Shown here: piece by piece, positions 53,001-64,000 of the stretch | Layout of the letters: each line of letters starts with the position of its first letter | How positions within the stretch are numbered: the first letter of the stretch is position 1 | Source of the DNA: Callorhinchus milii | Lineage: Eukaryota | Direction of reading: 5' to 3' | NCBI RefSeq assembly: GCF_018977255.1 | Contig: NW_024704743.1 | Coordinates: 36,396,001-36,460,000 of the forward strand | Length of the DNA: 64,000 nucleotides | The notes under the pieces: model-generated | The model's database searches: none | Told to the model about the DNA's origin: nothing | Seen by the model: the letters and a program-made list of their open reading frames with translations, nothing else | Made by a program: the position numbers and the translations under genes

Positions 53001-54879
53001 CACGTCTATGACAATCAAGCAGGAGTGTACTTTGCAAGGGCCTGCTTTGCACCAGCGCACATAGAAAGCTTTACTCTTTCCAACTGATTGTTAATTGTAC
53101 AATTTTAAGTAATAATCCTGGCATTTGATGTTAGCTTCTGATCAAGTTGTCTCAAAGTGCTTCACAAGATTTTACCGCAAAGTATAGTGACTGTGTATTT
53201 TTAGGTGAACTTGGCAGCCAATGTTTGCACAGCAATATCTCACAAACAGCCACAAAGTGAATGACCAACTTTATCTGAAGCAATGTTGGCCAAAATACCA
53301 GGTGAATTTGATAAACTGAACATTGACTGCGCTGTAAGCAGACCATCCATATTAATAAACAACCTAGCTGTCAAGAGAACAAGCACAATCCACAATTGAG
53401 GTATTCTCACTCTGCCACTGTTAATTGCTCCAAGACGCTACCCTATGTAAAGGAAAATTATCTGAAGTTTATTATTAGGATACAATACAGTAGAACAATG
53501 TTACATTGCTCAGAACGAGCCACTCTATTGCAATGGAAACTGCAGCATTTGATCACTTAAAGTCCAGTATTTGTACTTTATAAAGTATAAATTATACAAT
53601 GTACTTATTTTGTACATTAAAGACCTGAAATTAGAAAATATTCCATAGGGAGGGTAAAGAAACACTTTAGGGGTAAATAGAAGACAGATTGTATAACTAT
53701 TGTTATGTGGATGGCAATGGATTAATATTGTTATTATGATTTAAGTCTTCGCTTGATTTGGGAATCAGGCACTACATGGCAGATCTTTTCATCTGCAGAT
53801 GCAGCAGGTAAGGCTGTATGGTCTTTGATCCATTCTTTATCATGTTAATATAATACAACAAATCTGAAAAAAGTTCAGCTCTCTCATGTACACAATTTTA
53901 TTTAATGCATGCCAGATCTTCGATAAATAAGACTCTCCTCACTTCTCCCAAGAAAAGTCATTCATTTATACACGATAATATTAAATGAATACTATTAATG
54001 CCGTGTAATACATATCACCTCAAGTATGTGTATAGAATATTAATATCAGTATAACTATGTCAATTGACTTGAGCTCAAGTTAGTTGATGCACATTTTCCC
54101 CAATCACTATTATCAAAATCAACCTATAGGGAATTATGGATCCTCAGAGTGATGTCAAGTCAGCGAGCCAGCGTTCACATTAACTGCTCATTTTGAAAGA
54201 ACTCCTTCGAATGTTCTATAATCTCTCTTGTGATCTCAAACGTCTGAACAGGATTCAACAACAACAACTTGCATTGTTGTAGTGTCCCGGAGCGCTTTGT
54301 GATTCCTGAGATAGGGCTCACTGGGAGCCGCAGTTCTCCAGATACCTTGTCCAAAGTCTCAACAGAGAATGTGGCAGGTATCCACAGTGGTATTGTAGCT
54401 GAGTACAATCCATTTCTCCAAACCTTAAATAATTTTATCTTTTCTTATCCAGGGACAATTGTAGCACTCTTACTTTTTGCCAAGCTGATACCAACTAGCT
54501 CAGACAATTAATCTAACCTTTGACTTTTCGATCTATGTGGCTTACTGGGGAGAGTGTTTCACAAATTAGGCCAATTGAGGCATTTTGCTTTATGTTTTTA
54601 CTCTGTCGTCAGTCAAATGTCATGCAAGCAGTAGCAGTGGGTTCCAATGGCAGTTTTCGGTGCATTCCAGGTTCCTTGTTGCCTGATAAGTTTTATGGCA
54701 ACACTACGTCCTTGATAAACCAGAAGTCACCTGTAGATTTTATGACCAGTACACTTGGACCTGTGTTTCTACTGGAAAGATTGCTGATGATGATCAGCAG
54801 CAGTGGGCACTTTAACAATATAAAAAATAATATTCAACAAGTAACTGTTCCACACTTTAGATGGAAATTTCAAACTTAC

Positions 54880-54954
54880 CTCAGCGGTGAGCTGCCTTTG
54901 GGCATCTTTAGCTGCACTCAAATGTTGAGTAAGTTCTTCATTTTCTACTGCATA
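54880..54954 (-). CDS. TRAK1: TRAK1 exon 7/14 (75 nt)
   Basis: YAVENEELTQHLSAAKDAQRQLTAE; cccag| and |gtaagt. Confidence 0.95.
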
Positions 54955-55559
54955 CTGGGGGGAAAAAATGGAATCATCATCAAGGCAATCTCCTACAGAT
55001 AACTATCTACAACTGCAACCACTGAACTTCAGAAATATGGATGGGGATGGAACACTAGGCTCATAGGATTATTATGATTATCATTTAGGAGACATCCTGA
55101 TGCCATAACAGGAAGAAGTGGGTTATATTTTTGGAAAATAAGATCAAGCAGGCAGAAAGACCTTCAACTTTTGGATCTGTCTCATGAACTTGTGAAGTGG
55201 TACGATTGCTGGACATAGCACCTGAAAGGACATTTTCCAATTGGAGACGAAACAAGCTTGGGCTTCATGAGACAGCAGTTTACAACAGAAAATGGTAAGT
55301 GGCTCATCTATGAAACACTAACTTTTTTTTTAAAAAGAAGAAATGTTTAGGAAGAGGAAAATTGGAAGTCCACTTTAGTTTTAGGTATGATTCAGCCCCA
55401 GCATCAATTTTCCTTCAAACACCATCTCAGAGGAGAAATCCAACTTCATCAGTGTAATAGTCAATTATCTCCCCCACCCACACCCACACACACCATTCTC
55501 TATGTGAGCCTGCCAATTCATGTTGAATTAATAAACGGGGGCAAAGGAGTGTAGGATGG

Positions 55560-55930
55560 GGCCAGTGGTAGGAGCCGTGGCCGAAGGAGCAGGTGAAGTA
55601 GAAGGCACGGGGGGTGCTAGGGAACCAGAGGGATGAAGAGAAGGCAGCCAGACAGATGTTTTCTATCTTTGAGATGAAGTAGTCCAGGACCTCTTTCCAC
55701 GTGGCATTAGATGTGAGGATTGAGTGTGTTTGAATTGGCACGGGGAAGAGGTGATAATTGGTGGAGAACAGCACTTTGGGGTTATTTTTGGCCTTCAGAA
55801 TGGCCTGGGAATAAAACACAGTTTGGGCTTGTGAGAGGAAGAGGCTGTAAGTACAAAAATGCTCGAGCCACATCTGGCAGTGAACCTTGAGGCCGGTTTT
55901 GTGCCATCTGCGTTTGAGCATCCAGGTTTC
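55560..55930 (-). mobile_element. L2 internal fragment
   Basis: WHKTGLKVHCQMWLEH...AKNNPKVLFST...YFISKIENI, homologous to the 6100-6250 part of the large L2. Confidence 0.75.
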
Positions 55931-56115
55931 GGAATTAAACTTCTTGGAGAAGCACAGAATTTAAAAGGGAAACATAAGTACTGGATATAGACTTCTGCCT
56001 CAAATGAAATTGATCTAGGCGACTTTTTTGACATCAAGTGGCATTTGATAAACAATCATTAAATTAGCATTGGGGGAATAATGTATAGAATAAACACAAC
56101 ACATGATCAACTTAC

Positions 56116-56246
56116 AGCTTTGGCTTTTTTCTGTAGGTCAACTATCTGCGATAGAAGATGTGTTATTTCTTCTTGTTGTCGAGCAGTGTCTTCTGTTTTC
56201 TTTGACAATTCGTCTGACAGGTTAACTAGTTGAATATTTGCATTTC
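56116..56246 (-). CDS. TRAK1: TRAK1 exon 6/14 (131 nt)
   Basis: NANIQLVNLSDELSKKTEDTARQQEEITHLLSQIVDLQKKAKA. Confidence 0.96.
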
Positions 56247-56660
56247 CTGGGCAATTAAACGGGGAAAAGATCAACTTCAACCCACTTAATCTCACATACT
56301 AAATAAAGTCACAGCTAAACAGCGTCATGACTGAATATTCTTTAAAGTTCTATATTCATGAATCACTGTCCTTATGGTGGTGGGTGGGGAACAGGGCACC
56401 CCCCCGTTTCTAAATATTTGTGTTAAGCGGAAACCCTGGGGTCCCCAAACCTTGTCTCTTGCCAACCTGCACCTAATACTCTCCGTGAATCAGGCAAGCA
56501 GGATGCTTCCCTCCAGGGAGAGAGAGAGTGCACACTTCATTTCAACCATCTATCTTTGGAATTTCCATGTGTGGGTGGGATGCATGCAAACCTATCTGGC
56601 TTGGATACCCTTAAGCATACTGATGAGTTTCCACACCCGTCAGATACTCGGCTGACCAAA

Positions 56661-56970
56661 AAAAAAGATTCTATATATAGTTCGCAAATACAAAGCAATC
56701 AAAATGAAAACAAGCAGGCATCACTGCAGACACCCATTAAACTAGAATTACATGCTGATCGCAACAAGGTAGTGAAGTGTGTACGTGCATGTGTGGGCGG
56801 GGTGGGGGGTGTGATAAAAAAGATTCTATATATAGTTCGCAAATACAAAGCAATCAAAATGAAAACAAGCAGGCATCACTGCAGACACCCATTAAACTAG
56901 AATTACATGCTGATCGCAACAAGGTAGTGATGTGTGTACGTGCATGTGTGGGCGGGGTGGGGGGTGTGAT
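56661..56970 (+). repeat. 155-bp tandem duplication (56661-56815 and 56816-56970)
   Basis: Two adjacent copies; only one mismatch seen (gtgaag vs gtgatg). Confidence 0.95.
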
Positions 56971-57345
56971 GATCATTTGTCCCAGCATTTCAAGGTTGGA
57001 AGCAGAAATTATTGGTCACAGCTATCCAGGAGCCATGACTGGGTAAGATCCCAAGTCAATAGTATACTCACACCTTTCTCCTTCTCCCCTTCCACTTGCA
57101 CAGATTTAATAAGTACTGAAATTCATGCAAAGATGTTTTATAACAAGAGACTTTGAATTGTATATTTTAGCACCCGTCTACTCATCTTCCCTTAGGCAGG
57201 TATTGAAGTGTTGTTTTGAGAGGAAATAATTCATATATCAGTGTAATTTTAAGGTCAATTTTTTTTTAGATAAAGCAACAAGAGGAAGAAGGGATCACTC
57301 CTGTATTTCATTCTCTTGCAATTCATTAAACTTCCAGAAACATAC

Positions 57346-57424
57346 TTAGCTCCTTCACACAGTCGTTAACAAGTTGCTGCTCCTTCTCTTCAAAAGTAAT
57401 GGTTTCAGTCTCCAAGTGACATGC
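57346..57424 (-). CDS. TRAK1: TRAK1 exon 5/14 (79 nt)
   Basis: ACHLETETITFEEKEQQLVNDCVKEL. Confidence 0.95.
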
Positions 57425-58181
57425 CTGTATGACAAGACAAACATAGGATGCAATCATTGATTTTTTAAAGGGAATTTAGAAAGTCTGGTCATTGTTTACA
57501 GTATTTCCATCCCATATAGTCATACTACAAAACATATAGTCATATACACAACATTAAACAACGAATTGTAAAAGTACAGTACGGATGTACCACTGTGTTT
57601 TGCAGTAGTGAGGTGAGGCACTCGTACTGTGAAATCTCACACTCTCTCCAAACCAGCAGGGAGAATATATAGTACATAAAGCTACAACAAACCCAAAATG
57701 TTTTTAGACACTTCTACATCATTTGGCTTAATCTCAAAACAACAGGGTTTGCAGACGGCTGTTGTTATACTATAATTCTTTTAACCTTAATCCCTCTGTC
57801 TTGCCCCCCTGTTATCCAACTATAAATTCCACTTGAAGACTTATCTCTTCGACCGTGCCTAATGTCATCTCCCCTTCCCCCTTTGTGCGAGGTCCAACCC
57901 AAGAACACTATGTCAAGGCAGATTGTTGTTTAACACTGGTAGTATTTTAAGAGCACTGGATAACACTGCCTCACTCGTATCACTTTCTTCTCAGCCAAAG
58001 CTCTGCTTAACAGCTCCAACCGCCCCACGACAGAGGGTCTGCCTGTGCATTCGAATTGCCAAGCTCTCCTCGCCTTCATACAATAGGACTGGAGATTAAC
58101 TTGGAATAACTTATAACCTTTAGTACGGTCTCACTTTCAATTGCTACTGACCGGAGGATATAAAACCGAAATATTGTTCAC

Positions 58182-58290
58182 CTCTGTTCTTAAAACAACG
58201 TTCTCCTCTTCAAGGTCCTTCAACTTCCTTTGAAGAGAATCCAAATGGAAATAATTCTGTACAGATGAGGTAGGCTCATTCAATCTCAGC
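58182..58290 (-). CDS. TRAK1: TRAK1 exon 4/14 (109 nt)
   Basis: LRLNEPTSSVQNYFHLDSLQRKLKDLEEENVVLRTE. Confidence 0.95.
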
Positions 58291-58539
58291 CTAGGGCAAC
58301 AAAAGTGAATGTTTGTTTTAAAAACAGGACCATTAAGACATCTTGGTTTATTCATATCAAAGTTAATGAAGATTTTACAGAGTTGAGACAACCGTCTTCC
58401 CATTGTGGAATCTCAGGATTTCACACCTGAGGAAACATGAATTTATATATAAATAAAAGGATTGAAAAATCTTCAAATAGATTCTGCATTTGACTGGATA
58501 AGAAAACCAATAAAAGGGCTCATTTGGTGATTTTGATTC

Positions 58540-58845
58540 TAATAATAATAATCCTTGCATTTGGTATAGCGCTTTTCACATCTTCGAGACATCTGAAAGC
58601 GCTTCAAAGAATATACTGTAAAGTGAATTGACCGTATATTTGTGGGCAAAACGTGGCAGCCAATTGCGCAGTGTCCCACAAACAGTTGGATTGAGTGACC
58701 AAATTATTATTGTTTCTGTTCTTGAGGGATTGTTATCAGGCGTGTGGAGTAAGGAAACTTGCCCAAGGTTTCGCGCTGCTGGGAATCAAACCCAGGGCTC
58801 TCGCTTGCGAGGCGATTGCTCTAACCACTGAGCTACAGGACTCCA
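58540..58845 (-). mobile_element. Full-length short tRNA/Deu SINE
   Basis: Reverse complement head tggagtcctgtagctcagtggttagagc through the (ATT)n tail. Confidence 0.9.
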
Positions 58846-59383
58846 TGTCCTACAGAACTCCATGAATCTGTTTTAGATTCTAAAATACAATCTACAGCAT
58901 CGAAAGAAGCCATTCAGCCCATCTCGTCTGTGCTGGTGTTTGTGCTCCACATGAATTACAACCATCCTATTTCTGCATCAAATATTCATTTCAACAAGAT
59001 GTAGTTTATTTTTTCTTTACAGAAAGGATAATGTTTGGCATTACTTAGATCAGTTGACTGATCAGCTTTGCCCACAAAATACCCAGTCAATTCACTTTAC
59101 AGTATGTTCTGTGAAACGCTTTGAGACATCTTGAAGACGTGATAAGGCACTATATCAAATGCAAGGATTCTTATTATTATTACTAGTAGTAGTAGTAGTA
59201 GCAGCAGCAGAAGTGCCAGTCACACTGGAAACCATTCTGCACTGTAGGTGATGCTCGTGATCACAACAACATAAGGTGATTGTTAACAATTTCACGTTGG
59301 TATCTGCATCCTCGGCTCTTTTAGCTGATAAGCAAATGCTGCGCCACCTCCTTATACTAGGAGTGAGCACACCGTATACTTAC

Positions 59384-59484
59384 GGTGTGGAGGAGGTCGA
59401 GTCAGTCTCGCTTTCCTCTGCAGCATTGGTATAAAACTGAAGCAACTCATCTTTCATAGAGAGGTCATGGCGTAGCTGGGCAAC
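59384..59484 (-). CDS. TRAK1: TRAK1 exon 3/14 (101 nt)
   Basis: VAQLRHDLSMKDELLQFYTNAAEESETDSTSST. Confidence 0.95.
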
Positions 59485-60239
59485 CTGTGCAGGTAGGAGA
59501 GAAAAGATAGAGAAATGTGTGAATTTTAAACTTGTGCGATTCACTTCTATGTGCACGGTCCATAGCTACATCAATTAGAAACATAGAAGCATTCATCTTA
59601 TCTAACCTGGTCAGATCTTTTAATCCTACTTTCCCCAACTTTCTCCATACTACTTAACAGGCCTTATTTTCTAAGTGTGTATCTCTCTCTCTTTCTCTCA
59701 TAGAATAGAATCTACAGCATTGAAAGAGGCCATTCAGCCCATCTAGTCTGTGTTGGTGTTTATGCTCCACATGAATTGCACCCATCCTAATCCCTCTCTC
59801 TAGCTTGCCCTATATCCCTCTGTTCCCTTCTCCCTCTTGTATGCATTCAGTTTCCCCTTAAATGCATTGATGCTTTCACAATACCTATTGCCTTCTGAAC
59901 AGTGCATTTCACATTCCCCAAATCCTTTGCATGAAGAAAAAAATTCTGATTTTACTTAGTTAGCTATAATTTTAAGATTATCTCCCTTTGTTTGGCACAC
60001 TGTTGCAGAGATAAAAAGTTATCCATTATCTATCTTGTTAATTCTCTTCACTCCAGCCCTACCTGACCCCCAGCCGAATTTGATCATTTCAACCCACTGT
60101 TTGTGGGGTTGTCGCTGGGCGCAATTGGCTGCCGCGTTTCACCCACAAAACACACAGTCACTACACTTTACGGTGTATCCCGTGAAGCACTTTGAGACAT
60201 TTCAATGACGTGATGAGGCGCTGGGTCAAACGCAAGGAT

Positions 60240-60390
60240 TATTATTGTTGATGATAATGATGATGGTGATGATGATTACAATAATGATGTTAATGTTGTT
60301 GATGTTAATGATGATGATGATGCCAATGATGATGTTGATGTTAATGATGATGATGGTGATGATGGTATTGATGTTAATGATGATGTTAAT
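60240..60390 (+). repeat. Imperfect (GAT/GTT/AAT)n triplet microsatellite continuing a SINE tail
   Basis: Directly follows cgcaaggattattatt of the SINE fragment at about 60080-60247. Confidence 0.9.
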
Positions 60391-60391
60391 G

Positions 60392-60696
60392 TGGAGTCCT
60401 GCAGCTCAGTGGTTAGAGCACTCGCTTTGCGAGTTTGATTCCCGGCAGGGGGTGAAACCTTGGGCAAGTTTCCTTATTCCACACACAGGCCTGATAATAA
60501 TCCCTCAAGAAAAAAAAACAATAATAATTTGTTCATTTCAATCAGCAACTGTTTGTGGGACGCTGCTGTGCGCAATTGGCTGCCGCATTTCGCCTACAAA
60601 TATACAGTCACTACACTTTACAGTCTATTCTGTGAAGCACTTTGATACTTCGAGAAGACGTAAAAAGCGCTATATCAAATGCAAGGATTATTATTA
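60392..60696 (+). mobile_element. Near full-length short tRNA/Deu SINE
   Basis: tggagtcctgcagctcagtggttagagc head with a small deletion, same core and (ATT)n tail. Confidence 0.9.
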
Positions 60697-61023
60697 ACAC
60701 TTCATCAGATCATCCACAAAACTCCTCCAGGGAATATAATCTAAATCTACCGAGTTTACGAATTCAGTCAGTCAACAAATGAATCTAGTGAATTGTCACT
60801 GGATATCTGCAGAAGCCAGTTCATCATTTGGGTGCCCAAAACTGATATTCCAAATAAAGTTTGGCCAGTGTTCTGGACAACTGGAAAAGCATTGCCTTGT
60901 TTTTATACAGCCAGTATTCGATTAGGGGAAGAAAATGGGGGAGATGGGTGGGGGGAGAAAGAGAGAAAGAGAAATCTAAAGCCTGTAAAACACATCATAG
61001 CACAATGCTGTACAGACACTCAC

Positions 61024-61140
61024 CTCCTCCCTGGCATGTTCCACTTTTTCTTCAAGGTACTCATTTCTTTCTGTGAGTGTCTTGTTCTTCTTCAGCAGAG
61101 ACTGACCAATCCGTGCAGCTAACTCTAAATCACGCTCTTT
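61024..61140 (-). CDS. TRAK1: TRAK1 exon 2/14 (117 nt), HAP1-N coiled-coil region
   Basis: KERDLELAARIGQSLLKKNKTLTERNEYLEEKVEHAREE. Confidence 0.97.
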
Positions 61141-61794
61141 CTGTAGAAGGAGTTTAAACAAACACCACACACAGTCATTGGATGTTTTGAGGAAGCACAG
61201 TGCTCAATGTAAGGAAGCACTCCTTTAATGGCCTTCTCATTAAATGTGTTGTAAGTATAAACAAGCCATAAATCAGTGGTCCAACTCTTGATTCAGTATG
61301 GCATCCTTGAGGTAATTCCAAGACAAGGTGCTTAACATGACTTTTTGCTGCTTTGTTTTGATTCCCATTAGGGTGAAACAGATATCAACTATTATGGCAG
61401 CGGAAGACAGAGCACACTGTTAGTATTTTCTATATAAATTATAGTGGATGAGGGATGATTAATAAACATAGAAAATATGTAATATACTCAGAACAAACAA
61501 ATGTATTCTAACTAGATGCCATATTTAAACAAAACAGTTCCAAACCAGGACTCCCAATAGTTCAGCAGATAAATGTATCAAGCCAGGAAGGTTTGAGATG
61601 TGTACCCAAGATAGATTCTAAATTAACCAATTTCACTCGGACTGGCTCTTCAATAGCCCTTAGGCAAAGTGGCCGTGCTATAAATAAGCCATTATCACTA
61701 CTGATCGCAATGTAGTGATATATATTCACATCATAGAAATTCAATGAGGCAATACATAATGTTTCTACATTTGGGTTAAAAGAGCCACACCTAC

Positions 61795-61871
61795 CTCTTC
61801 CAACAGACGTGTGACAGCATCTATATCACTGTACGTTTTAGTCATCTGGCCCACTCTGTCAGCACATAGAA
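61795..61871 (-). CDS. TRAK1: TRAK1 exon 1/14 in window (77 nt); upstream exons lie beyond the window
   Basis: ttacag|[27 protein letters not shown] |gtaggt. Confidence 0.96.
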
Positions 61872-63004
61872 CTGTAAGAGAAAATAATCAGCAAGTTTAG
61901 ACACTGGCACAGAAAGCACACAAGCGGTTTCCTCTCCTGGCACAGGGTGCTTAACAAAATGGCAGCATCAACATTCATACTGATCAGATCATTAAAAAAA
62001 ACAGGAACAAAAGCTAAATATTTCTTGTAAATTGAGTAGATACTTCCAGGTTTTAAACAAAATTTAAGATGTTTGCTTCAATGAAAAGTTAAATACCAAA
62101 TACACAAGAGCTTTGGGTACATCTGATCTCTCGGGAGCTATGTGGGTAAGTACTGTAAGCACAACACAGACATAAACAGTTTTTTTTAAGTATTTGCACC
62201 TCAACCCAAATGCTGAATGCTGGCATATACTAAAGTACTGCCCAACTTGAAACTGCAGATCTGTGTGCAGTATTACCAGTACCAGCAATATAGCTATTGC
62301 AAGCTTATTACAGAACTACAGAGGCATTGAACCAGTCGTGCAGATCCCTCTGTGCATTATTCTCAAAGCTACAACTGTGCTGCCATTGCTATATTCCAGC
62401 TGTGTGATATGCTGATGTCAAATCACCTTCAGCTCCTTTTATTGCAACTTCAACAAGTCTCATTATCTCCCTTTATTTGAGGCCTCCAGAGTAAATCAGT
62501 CACATAATAGAGGCATTCCTAGCAAGGGAAGGAGGAAGCTGGGATAAAGGCCAATGTCAAAAACTGTACAGCACTGGTTGCAAGTGAACTCTCTCAAGCA
62601 ATGAGTTTTAAAAATAGACATTGAAAAACTCTGATAGCATCTAACCAAATTACATCACTCAGATCTGCATGAGAACCTCACTTGCATAACATCAAGGTTG
62701 ACAGCGACTGATGGCAAGAGCTATTTATGCAAAGAAGAGGAGCATACAGGAAAGGGGAACTCATTTCAGAATATAGCAAGATATCACAGAAGGTTTGGGA
62801 GCCCTAGATTTCTTTTGCTTGAAATCCTCAGAGTAAAATTAAATCACAGCCCCCAAAGTTAAAACTACACAGTTTAGCACAAAATGGTGACTCTGGTCAT
62901 CTGTTACTACTCACTGAAGTGTTCAATAAACCCTTCAACGCCAGCCACAGCCTCACAAAGTGATACAAAAAGCTTAATCTTATTAATAATATTAATCATT
63001 GTAT

Positions 63005-63390
63005 TTTATATACCATCTAATCACCTCATCAAGACGTCTCAAAGTGCTTCGCAGGATACATTGTGAAGTGGATTAACTCTATTTTGTGGGCAAGTTTGTG
63101 CACAATAATATCCAACAAACAGCCATGAATTGAGTGACCAATTTTATTTGGGGAATTGTTGGCCAGGACACTGGGAGAAACTCCCTCCTCTTTTCGAATA
63201 GTGGCATGGGATCTTTAATGTCTACCTGAACAGGCAGATGGGAATTCGGTTTAAGGTCTCATCCGAAGGACGGCAACTCTGATAATAAAACGCCCCCCAG
63301 CACTGCATTGGAGTCATCTTAGACTATGTGATTCCAAGTCTTGACTCCACAACCTTCTGACTAAGAGGTGAGAGTGCTACCACTGAGCCA
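63005..63390 (-). mobile_element. Long-form Deu-domain SINE (SacSINE1/AmnSINE-like architecture)
   Basis: Head tggctcagtggtagcactctcacct...tcagaaggttgtgg; core ccgtccttcggatgagaccttaaaccga...aaagatcccatgccactattcgaaaagag...ttctcccagtgtcctggccaaca. Confidence 0.8.
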
Positions 63391-64000
63391 GGTGGCACTC
63401 TTGTACATGAAGAAAACAAACATGAAATATTGCATGGAATTATTTAGCTTTCCCTCATCAATTACTGCTACAAACAAAGATTTGATGCTTAGCTGTTAGA
63501 GGCCCACAGTTCATATTCTTTGATGTTGAACATAATGCCCAGTTGGATTATGCTGTTATATTTGGTTAACAACAACAACACATTTGTATAGCGCCTTTCA
63601 CTTTGGGAGGACGTCCCAAGGCCCTGGACAGTCAGTTAAAGTAGGCTTTTGTGCAACAGTCCTACATTTTCAATGACCCATATACCTAGTTAGTCTCTGT
63701 GAATCTGGGTCACTAAAGGTTTGCATCTGCATCTCCTCATGCCTCTCTCAATGCTGCACAGCAAAGGCAGAATGCAAGATGCATTCTGGATGAACTTCAG
63801 AGGCAGAAATCCTGGTTAACTCAGTTGCAAAATATCCTTGAAACTTGATCAATAATTAACAAACAGTATTGGGTTTCCAATGTGAAGAATTAAACTGTGC
63901 CTACCCTTTGTAGCTTGCAAAAAAGAAAGTGTATGATCCTAATTGGAGCAGACAGCCAGCACTGCTATTAAACTACATTTTCTCTGCAGGTAAGGCTCGA

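Noticed and set aside
56610..56660. Hammerhead ribozyme or C/D snoRNA (ctgatgag ... ctga)
   Set aside because: No correctly placed GAAA core or stems, the box spacing is too short, and CTGATGA is not conserved in the other two copies
58833..58864. 15-bp re-copy of the SINE 5' end (ctacagractccatg twice)
   Set aside because: Too short to distinguish a junction template jump from ordinary slippage
60245..60697. 150-aa Met-rich ORF
   Set aside because: Translation of a (GAT)n microsatellite running into a SINE
63978..63995. Recursive-splice-like ttttctctgcag|gtaagg motif
   Set aside because: It is on the + strand, antisense to the host gene TRAK1, and no + strand transcript is supported here

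Overview
Eukaryotic (vertebrate) genomic DNA. The repeat content (Deu-domain tRNA-SINEs, CR1 and L2 LINEs) suggests a cartilaginous fish, possibly a chimaera; this is inference. Two convergent genes are present. (1) A complete cholecystokinin gene (CCK, + strand) with a GC-box/CRE-TRE/TATA promoter near 14.05-14.12 kb, a non-coding exon 1 and two coding exons. These encode a 130-aa precursor carrying CCK-8 [11 protein letters not shown]. (2) The last 14 coding exons of TRAK1 (- strand, 61871 to 35139); its 5' exons lie beyond the window end. One TRAK1 exon carries an apparent 1-nt frameshift, probably an assembly error, and the 3' part of the gene shows several candidate alternative C-terminal exons. 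The rest is decayed LINEs and SINEs, minisatellites and local duplications. Several tiny insertions consist only of retroposon tail repeats between target-site duplications. I found no convincing evidence of a wholly new biological system; the best leads are the TRAK1 3' isoform architecture and the tail-only or templated retroposon insertion signatures.
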